Origin: Chloroflexota bacterium
GTDB taxonomy: Bacteria > Chloroflexota > Anaerolineae > B4-G1 > SLSP01
Direction: 5' to 3'
DNA length: 63,445 nucleotides
Assembly: GCA_034717835.1 (NCBI GenBank)
Contig: JAYELZ010000273.1
Span: 1 to 63,445, forward strand
Below, one piece after another: positions 56,842 through 63,445 of this stretch. Position 1 is the first letter of the stretch; every line of letters begins with the position of its first letter. The notes beneath the pieces are model-generated. The model was given only the letters and a program-made list of their open reading frames with translations. It did no database searches and was not told the DNA's origin. Made by a program: the position numbers and the translations under genes.

Positions 56842-58017
56842 CTACTGTCTACCGCCTACCGTTAACAACTGAAGCAATGCCTGTTCCCATTCCTCAAAAG
56901 TTTGTGCTGGATTGTAGTAAGTCGCTATAAAACGCTCTCCGGCGGCAGCCAACTGGTCCCGCGTGTGAGAGTCACGCAACAAGGTCACCACCGCCTCGGC
57001 AAACGCGGCGGGTTGGTCCGCGATTAAGAGTTCCTTACCCGGCGTAGCACCTAGCCCGTGATTGCTCCCCGGCGTTGCTACGACTGCTTTTCCCATCGCT
57101 AGAGCATCTAACACCTTTTGGAGCAATCCGCCGGCTACCAGTAGTGGTGAGACGAAAACGTCTGCGGCCGCATACCAGGGGGCCAGCTCCTCTACAAAAC
57201 CGGTCACAAAGACCCGCTTCCCATCAGCACGGGCGCGAATTTCCGGCGGCGGCCCAGAACCGACGATATAAAAGCGCGCCTCCGACACCTCGGCTAAAAT
57301 ATGGGGCCAAATCTCAGCTAAGAACCATTGCACACCTTGGATGTTGTATTCTCGCGACATGGAGCCGACGAAGAGGATATTGGCGCCCGGCGTCACCGCC
57401 GGCGCGGTGTCCGCACACGGCTGGACGTTAGGGGCGAGGGGCAACAACAAGACGGGATGCGGGGCGCAGGCTGGCGCGAGTAATTTGCGGTCGCCTTGCG
57501 AGATGGCGGCCAGCAAATCAAATTGTCGGTAGAGCCACGGTTCAGCCGCGCGGAAAAAGCGCGCGCCTAGCCGGGTCACCCAGCGGGTCACGCCGTGACT
57601 CTGCGTTGCTCGTTGCCGTAGCATAAACCAGTTGACATCATGTGCGCGGAAGGAGGCGGCCGGATATTTGATGCCCCAGAGCGCCACCGCAGTTTGGGCG
57701 AATTCGACGTGGAGTAGATCTGGGTGGGTCTCTTGGAGCGCGCGGATGGTCGCCTGGCGCAACGCCCAGTAGCTGCGTAAGAGTGCCAGTGGTCGCGGGC
57801 CGGGCGATGAGCCATGATGCGGGACAAGGTAAAGCGCTTGGCAGAGGGGGCGCACCGCGTCAAGATGGTGCTCTTCTTCTTGCCGGATGCGCGCTACCAA
57901 GGTTACTTGGTAGCCACGCTGGTGCAACCATTCCAAGAGCCGATACACAGACTGCCCCCCCGCATGACCGATGGAGGGGGCAGGAAATTGCTTGTAAGCA
58001 ATCAAAATATGGGTCAT
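56842..58017 (-). CDS. Glycosyltransferase (GT4/GT-B fold)
   Basis: 391 aa with N-terminal GGQSVY-type motif and C-terminal E-x7-E-like region (FVSPLLVAGGLLQKVLDALAMG). Confidence 0.75.
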   Translation of the reverse strand: MTHILIAYKQFPAPSIGHAGGQSVYRLLEWLHQRGYQVTLVARIRQEEEHHLDAVRPLCQALYLVPHHGSSPGPRPLALLRSYWALRQATIRALQETHPDLLHVEFAQTAVALWGIKYPAASFRAHDVNWFMLRQRATQSHGVTRWVTRLGARFFRAAEPWLYRQFDLLAAISQGDRKLLAPACAPHPVLLLPLAPNVQPCADTAPAVTPGANILFVGSMSREYNIQGVQWFLAEIWPHILAEVSEARFYIVGSGPPPEIRARADGKRVFVTGFVEELAPWYAAADVFVSPLLVAGGLLQKVLDALAMGKAVVATPGSNHGLGATPGKELLIADQPAAFAEAVVTLLRDSHTRDQLAAAGERFIATYYNPAQTFEEWEQALLQLLTVGGRQ

Positions 58018-58027
58018 TCTTGCTCAG

Positions 58028-59680
58028 CTACTTTTCAGGGATTGCCGTAACCAGTATATTGGGGCGATTGCGCACCTGGCGGTAGAAATAGTTGGAGAGT
58101 ACCTTGCGTACCGCGCTTTCCATGTTCTCTGTTGGTGTGCCCGGCTGAGCTGATTTGAGCGTATTGCGCACCTCTTGCCGCGCCCCAGCCCAGAGCTCCT
58201 TTGTCACCGCAAATTTGACGAAGCCACGCGAGGTGATGTACGGCTCGCCGATCAACGAGCCATCAGCCTCGTGGTACCGGAAGGAGATGGCACAGACGCC
58301 AGACATGGCCAGCTGCTCCCGTTCTTGGATGATTGATTCGTCTAGCGATGCACCGATCAAGCCGCCATCCACGAAGATATACCCGCCGGGGATCCGTTCG
58401 CCCACTTGCATTTTGTCTGGGGAGAAGCGGAGCACATGCCCATTTTCTACCACGGCGATATTTTCACGCGGTATACCCAGCTGTTCCGCCAGTATGGCAT
58501 GTTGTTTTAGATGCCGCAACTCTCCGTGAACCGGGACGAAGAATTTCGGTTTGACGATACTTAAGAGAGTCTTCTGTTCCTCCTGACTGGCGTGTCCAGA
58601 GACATGTACCGGCGCCAGCGGGTGATAGATTACATTAGCCCCTTGTTGAAAGAGCCGGTTGATAACGTTATGTACCGATTCTTCGTTGCCGGGAATCGTG
58701 TGCGAAGAGAGAATCACCGTGTCACCTTGTGCCAGACGCAAGGGGGATGGCCCTCCAGAGGTCAATTTTCCCATGATGGAGCGAGTTTCGCCTTGTGAGC
58801 CGGTAGCGAGCACCGTTACCTGATTGGGGGGAAGATGTTTGCTCTCATGGAGTGAGACCATCAGATTCTCCGGCACTTCCAGATAACCCAACTTGCGGGC
58901 CATCTTCACGTTTTTCACCATAGAGGTGCCGGCCACCGCTACTTTACGGCCAAACTTAGCAGAGACGTCCATCACTTGTTGGATGCGGGAGATGAGCGAG
59001 GCGAAAGTAGCTACAATGATGCGCCCGTCTGCTTCGCGGAAGATATTTCCCAACGTGGCCGGCAAAGTGCGTTCAGAGGGTGTCGTACCTGGTTGATCGG
59101 CATTCGTGCTATCCGCCAGCAGGACCAAGACACCCCGCTTACTGAATTCCACCAATTTCCTGAGGTCTGTGGGCCAGCCATCCACCGGCGTAGGGTCGAG
59201 TTTGTAATCGCCGCTATGTACTACTAGTCCCACAGGAGTTGTAATTCCCAAGCCCACCGCATCGGGGATACTATGCGCGACATGGTACGGTTCCACTTGG
59301 AAGGGGCCGAGGTGCAACACGTCACCCGGCTGGATAGTATGTAACGTGACACTTTTGCGCAAGTTGCGGCGTAAATTGACCTCAATCAAACCACGGGTGA
59401 GTTTGGTAGCATAAACCGGCACATCAAACTCTTGCAAGAAGTGCGACAGCGCGCCGATGTGGTCCATGTGCCCATGCGTGACAACTACCCCGCGAATGCG
59501 ATCTTCCTTACCCCGTAAGTATTCATAATCGGGAATAATGTGATCTACTCCCAACATATACCCTTCCGGGAACATCATCCCAACATCCACGATCAAGATA
59601 TTGCGGCCATACTCGAACACTGTCATATTCTTGCCAACTTCCCCCAAGCCGCCGAGGGGAATGATTTGTAACTTTTCCAT
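58028..59680 (-). CDS. rnj: Ribonuclease J
   Basis: IIPLGGLGEVGKNM, VVTHGHMDHIGAL, beta-CASP and C-terminal domain. Confidence 0.93.
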   Translation of the reverse strand: MEKLQIIPLGGLGEVGKNMTVFEYGRNILIVDVGMMFPEGYMLGVDHIIPDYEYLRGKEDRIRGVVVTHGHMDHIGALSHFLQEFDVPVYATKLTRGLIEVNLRRNLRKSVTLHTIQPGDVLHLGPFQVEPYHVAHSIPDAVGLGITTPVGLVVHSGDYKLDPTPVDGWPTDLRKLVEFSKRGVLVLLADSTNADQPGTTPSERTLPATLGNIFREADGRIIVATFASLISRIQQVMDVSAKFGRKVAVAGTSMVKNVKMARKLGYLEVPENLMVSLHESKHLPPNQVTVLATGSQGETRSIMGKLTSGGPSPLRLAQGDTVILSSHTIPGNEESVHNVINRLFQQGANVIYHPLAPVHVSGHASQEEQKTLLSIVKPKFFVPVHGELRHLKQHAILAEQLGIPRENIAVVENGHVLRFSPDKMQVGERIPGGYIFVDGGLIGASLDESIIQEREQLAMSGVCAISFRYHEADGSLIGEPYITSRGFVKFAVTKELWAGARQEVRNTLKSAQPGTPTENMESAVRKVLSNYFYRQVRNRPNILVTAIPEK

Positions 59681-59896
59681 GTTAACCTATTACCTTTTTT
59701 TTAGTTGCTAAATTAATATGCGCAAAACTAACTTGCGCTTTGTATTCGATTTTTATGAAGCATTCATCCTTCAAATTATCAGTCGCTCCAGGAGCATCAC
59801 TGGATAAATAGCTAATCTCACTGATTGACTATGGTAGCATGAGGGGATGATTATGTCAATCTAACTTAAATTCTAATAAACTAACTAAGATACAAC

Positions 59897-59931
59897 AACC
59901 CCGGTGTAGGCTTAACGCCCATACCGGGGTT
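59897..59931 (-). terminator. Hairpin terminator candidate after trpB2
   Basis: aaccccggt...accggggtt stem. T-rich (TTGTTGT) after it on the minus strand. Confidence 0.45.
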
Positions 59932-59962
59932 TGTTATTAGCTCTCTACTGCTACCATTAGCT

Positions 59963-61306
59963 CTACTCCGCGATCTGGGGTAACAGTTTCAGCGCCTCAT
60001 CTACCTCTTGCTGCGGATATTCGTAGTTGTGTAGCTCGCCGTTCAGGTAAGCCTGGTAAGAGGTGAGATCTAAGAAGCCATGCCCACTGAAGTTGAAGAG
60101 GATCACGCGCTCCTCTCCCTGCTCCTTCGCGTCCAGAGCCTCGTCGATGACGGCGCGGATGGCATGCGAGGTTTCCGGCGCCGGAATAATGCCTTCTGTC
60201 TTGATGAAGTGCATCGCGGCTTCAAAACAGCTGAGTTGCGGGTAAGAGACAGCGTCGATCAAGCCTAGCTCCTCACAGAGTGAGACCAACGGCGCCATGC
60301 CATGATAGCGCAGGCCACCGGCGTGAATGCTCGGCGGGACGAAAGTATGTCCCAGCGTGTGCATTTTCATGATCGGGGTAAGCCCGGACGTATCCCCGTA
60401 ATCGTACGCATACGCCCCTTTGGTGATCTTCGGGCAAGCGTCCGGTTCCACCGCCACAAAGCGAATTTCTTTGCCGCCGCGCAGCTGTTCACCCAAGAAA
60501 GGGAAAGCGATCCCGCTAAAGTTGCTCCCGCCGCCCACACAACCGATGACCACATCCGGATAGGCTCCCGCTTCAGCCAGCTGCTGGAGCGCTTCCTGGC
60601 CAATCACCGATTGGTGGATCAAGACATGGTTGAGCACGCTGCCCAGACAGTATTTGGTCTCGGGATCGGCTAAAGCTAGTTCCACGGCCTCGCTGATGGC
60701 GATGCCTAGACTTCCCGGTGAATCTGGATCCTGCGCCAGAATAGCACGTCCCGCTGCGGTCTCGTCGCTGGGACTAGGAGTGCAGGTCGCGCCGAACGAT
60801 TGCATCATTATCCGGCGGCCCGGCTTGAGATGGTAACTGGCGCTGACCATGTAGACCTTGACTGCGATATCCATAAATGCCCCGGCCATAGCCAGCGCGC
60901 TGCCCCACTGCCCGGCTCCCGTCTCTGTGGTCAGCTGGGTGACACCTTCAGCCTTGTTGTAGTAGGCTTGCGCGACAGCGGTGTTGGGTTTGTGGCTGCC
61001 TACCGGACTGGCGCCTTCGTATTTGTAGTAGATTTTTGCCGGAGTATCCAACAGCTTCTCCAAGCGGCGGGCGCGTCGCAACGGCGTGGGACGCCAGAGC
61101 TCGTAAATTTCCCGCACTTCTTCGGGGATGGGGATGTAGCGTTCAGTGCTTGCTTCCTGCCTGATGCACTCCATTGGGAAGAGTGCGCTCATATCCTCCG
61201 GCGACATCGGTTGGTGAGTGAGCGGATGCAGCGGCGGGGGCGGCAGGGTGGGTAGATCGGCCATCAAATTGTACCAACGCTTGGGCAAAAAATTATCTTG
61301 TGACAT
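59963..61306 (-). CDS. trpB: TrpB2-type tryptophan synthase beta-like PLP enzyme
   Basis: 447 aa. [31 protein letters not shown] (PLP lysine). Confidence 0.88.
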   Translation of the reverse strand: MSQDNFLPKRWYNLMADLPTLPPPPLHPLTHQPMSPEDMSALFPMECIRQEASTERYIPIPEEVREIYELWRPTPLRRARRLEKLLDTPAKIYYKYEGASPVGSHKPNTAVAQAYYNKAEGVTQLTTETGAGQWGSALAMAGAFMDIAVKVYMVSASYHLKPGRRIMMQSFGATCTPSPSDETAAGRAILAQDPDSPGSLGIAISEAVELALADPETKYCLGSVLNHVLIHQSVIGQEALQQLAEAGAYPDVVIGCVGGGSNFSGIAFPFLGEQLRGGKEIRFVAVEPDACPKITKGAYAYDYGDTSGLTPIMKMHTLGHTFVPPSIHAGGLRYHGMAPLVSLCEELGLIDAVSYPQLSCFEAAMHFIKTEGIIPAPETSHAIRAVIDEALDAKEQGEERVILFNFSGHGFLDLTSYQAYLNGELHNYEYPQQEVDEALKLLPQIAE

Positions 61307-61334
61307 TTTTCCCTCCTGGGATTTAATATAAGTT

Positions 61335-61550
61335 GGATAGGCGAGTAGTCGGGCAATCCGATGGTCAAGTAGTCCAATAGTCGGATAGTCAACAGTACAA
61401 CTGACCAGGCTAGCTGTGGCCGATCTCCTGACCGCGCCACCTCACGGATAACCATCACGCTGTGCGGGCACGGTCGGGAGACCGGCCCGAGCTCTCCAAG
61501 TTTATTGAGAGCCTCCGGTAGCCGCGACCTCAGTCGCCAGGCGCTCAACT
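61335..61550. repeat. Composite intergenic repeat between trpS and trpB2 (TAGTC words, 17-bp-stem GGTCTCC hairpin, GTAGCCGCGAC word)
   Basis: Hairpin arms at 61418-61440 and 61471-61487. 61518-61543 is the reverse complement of 42126-42151 (25/26). Confidence 0.75.
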
Positions 61551-61568
61551 ACTCATCCTTCCAACAGA

Positions 61569-62636
61569 TTAACCTAATAGACGAAAATCCGCGTTGCTGG
61601 CGATAGCTTGTCGCAACTTGAGGCTGGGCATGCCCATCGCCTCATAAACCAACTTCATAGTCTCGCGGGCCACCGCCTGCATCCGGCGTGTGCCGGCCAC
61701 GAGAACCTCTTCCACCATCCCCGGCTGCGCCTCGTAATAGGCCCGCTGCTCGCGGATGGGATCCAAGAAATTATTGAGCGCGCGGGACAGCTTGCGTTTG
61801 ACCTCCACATCGCCGACCTGCCCCTGGCGGTAACGCGCTTTGAGGTCATTGACCTCCTCCAGGTTGGGATTGAAAGCATCGTGGTAGATGAAGACTGGAT
61901 TGCCCTCCACCCGCCCGGGTATATCGGCCCGAATGCGCTTAGGGTCCGTGTACATCCGCATCACTTTCTTCTCCACGGCCTTTTTATCGTCGGAGAGGAA
62001 AATCGCGTTATTCAACGACTTGCTCATCTTGGCCTGCCCGTCAATGCCGACCAGCGTGGGGACATCTCCAACCATCACCTCAGGAATCGGGAAGACTTCC
62101 GCGCCGTAGAGGCGATTGAACCGCCGCGCGATCTCGCGAGTAATCTCCACGTGCGCCTCGTTATCCTTGCCCACCGGCACCAGATGAGCGCGCGGCAAGA
62201 GAATATCGGCAGCTTGCAGCACCGGATACCCAATCAATCCCAGAGGTAAACGCTCCTTATCCAATTGGGCGGCGCGGGCCATGTCCTTGAGGCTGGGCAA
62301 CCGCGTCAGGCGCGGCAACGTGACCAACATCGTCAGGAGCAGATTGAGCTCGAACTCCTCTGTGACGGCAGATTGCAAAAAGATAGTGCTCTTCTGGGGA
62401 TCAATGCCGACCGAGAGATAATCCAACACGATGTTGTAGATATTCTCCGCCAAACCGGCGACATGCTCTTTCTCCGGCTGAGTGGTCAACGTGTGCAGAT
62501 CTGCCACGATAAAGAAGCACTCGTACTGATCCTGCAAGGCCACGCGGTTCTTCAGGCTGCCGACGTAATGACCTAAATGCAGCTTCCCGGTGGGGCGATC
62601 CCCGGTCAAAAGGCGTTTACGTTTCTTATTCATCAA
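61569..62636 (-). CDS. trpS: Tryptophan--tRNA ligase
   Basis: [10 protein letters not shown] (HIGH), KMSKS, 355 aa. Confidence 0.95.
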   Translation of the reverse strand: MMNKKRKRLLTGDRPTGKLHLGHYVGSLKNRVALQDQYECFFIVADLHTLTTQPEKEHVAGLAENIYNIVLDYLSVGIDPQKSTIFLQSAVTEEFELNLLLTMLVTLPRLTRLPSLKDMARAAQLDKERLPLGLIGYPVLQAADILLPRAHLVPVGKDNEAHVEITREIARRFNRLYGAEVFPIPEVMVGDVPTLVGIDGQAKMSKSLNNAIFLSDDKKAVEKKVMRMYTDPKRIRADIPGRVEGNPVFIYHDAFNPNLEEVNDLKARYRQGQVGDVEVKRKLSRALNNFLDPIREQRAYYEAQPGMVEEVLVAGTRRMQAVARETMKLVYEAMGMPSLKLRQAIASNADFRLLG

Positions 62637-62689
62637 TTCCTCCTAAGATTAGTTACAGGTTAAAAGTTGACTATACTGAAAAACTAAGT

Positions 62690-63020
62690 ACTTCATCACT
62701 AAGACGCCAAGGCGCAAAGATTTGAGAATTAACCGTTACTACCTAGCCACCCTGCAAAGTTCAAGAGCGGACGCCGATGCGCGCAGATTTTCGCAGATAA
62801 AAGCAAAAAATCAGCGTTGATCAGCGTTTATCTGCGTCCTAAAGGAGCTAGCCTCCACCTGCTACCGGGGGATGGCTGAGCAGTAACAATTAACCTTCAG
62901 AAAATTAGTCTAAAACCGAGTTTTTTCTTAGCGTCTTGGCGTCTTAGCGGCGAGCTAGCTTTTTGCAGTACAGTCATTTTTTTCTCAGTGTTCTCTGTGT
63001 CTCAGTGGTGAGTTCTCTTT
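62690..63020. repeat. Nested inverted-repeat block inside the trpS 5' UTR
   Basis: ctaagacgccaag (62699-62711) against cttggcgtcttag (62935-62947), exact inverted 13-mers. Inner ggacgc..cgcagataaa / tttatctgcgtcc. The CTCAGTG module is at 62977-63017. Confidence 0.75.
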
Positions 63021-63026
63021 TACCAG

Positions 63027-63360
63027 AAAACAAAAAACGCCCATCCCCGGTTAGGGACGAGCGTTAAAAACAGACCCGTGGTGCCACCCTAGTTAAGCCG
63101 ACCTTTCCTCAAACAAAAAACGCCCCCCGGAAGGCGCGTTCACTGAGTATAGCCAGCCTCACTCTTTTTCGGAGACGGCCACTAGGGCGATCTCCTACGC
63201 CTGGATAACGGTAGCGTTTCCGGCTCTTCCTACTTGAGCTAACTAAGCTCGTTCGTCGAGCGGCTCCCAGGCCCATTCTGCATCTGCGCCGGCACCGAAT
63301 TCCCACCAATCTTCGGCTCTCTCTAGCCCCGCTCTGATACGTACTCTTCCTGTTCACAGC
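63027..63360 (-). promoter_or_regulatory. T-box riboswitch leader, Trp (UGG) specifier
   Basis: On the minus strand: K-turn UGUGAA, AGAGUA, AG bulge AGAGAG, distal loop GGUGGGAA, specifier GAA-UGG-G (63273-63275), F-box CCGUUA (63206-63211), T-box AACUAGGGUGGCACCACGGG (63075-63094), and a terminator hairpin plus U-run (63027-63063). Confidence 0.88.
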
Positions 63361-63374
63361 CTTTAACGTCCATA

Positions 63375-63403
63375 TTTATACCACGCCCCGCGAAAATTGT
63401 CAA
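63375..63403 (-). promoter_or_regulatory. Sigma-70-type promoter of the T-box leader
   Basis: On the minus strand, TTGACA-17 nt-TATAAA, about 15 nt upstream of the leader's first conserved element. Confidence 0.6.
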
Positions 63404-63445
63404 ATGACGGAGGTCTACTTTATCCACAGATTGCGCAGATGGCAC

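Noticed and set aside
63121-63143. GC hairpin plus U-run taken as the T-box terminator
   Set aside because: The conserved T-box/antiterminator sequence lies downstream of it, so it occupies the Stem III position. It is kept as an oddity in the T-box finding rather than called as the regulatory terminator.
63109-63357. 82-aa minus-strand ORF
   Set aside because: It coincides exactly with the T-box leader. Its start GTG is the K-turn UGUGAA and its composition is Arg-rich nonsense.

Overview
This is a 63.4-kb chromosomal window with about 55 credible protein genes, most on the minus strand, and no rRNA, tRNA or CRISPR array. Gene content and protein style (GGM-tailed GroEL, Pro/Thr-rich LysM and CAP secreted proteins) suggest a moderately GC-rich, Chloroflexota-like bacterium, but that is inference only.

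Content from left to right:
- A BrnT-type toxin/antitoxin pair sits next to a truncated CAP-domain gene copy, followed by a LysM-CAP lipoprotein and a pseudo-receiver.
- A LacI / GH4 / BadF-kinase sugar cluster comes next, then groES-groEL with two CIRCE operators.
- A ChvE/GguAB-like monosaccharide ABC transporter operon encodes a tandemly duplicated binding protein. It ends in an unusual ABC-NBD::histidine-kinase fusion plus a REC-HTH-REC regulator.
- Then come a ferric-type ABC transporter, a glutaredoxin-like gene, miaA, yraN, an alpha-oxoamine synthase, queG, LysM and other secreted proteins, and a REC-CpaE-like module.
- These are followed by mpg, nusB, an asp23-like gene, rpmF, murJ, an inositol monophosphatase, another CAP protein, YitT and DUF1385 genes, and an orphan CoxM-like gene.
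- An AT-rich HNH endonuclease cassette follows. Its upstream partner carries an in-frame stop.
- A BMP-family nucleoside ABC transporter is followed by an AT-rich island inserted at the 3' end of ruvB. The island holds an AAA15 ATPase + RloB pair and a membrane NERD protein, and is bounded by a duplicated ruvB 3' end.
- The window ends with an LCP protein, a GT4 glycosyltransferase, RNase J, TrpB2 and trpS. trpS is preceded by a Trp-specific T-box leader.

Many intergenic spacers are filled with lineage-specific short-word (7-8 nt period) repeats and hairpin modules.

The most interesting candidates for new biology are the transporter-linked NBD-kinase two-component system and the ruvB-adjacent defence-like island.
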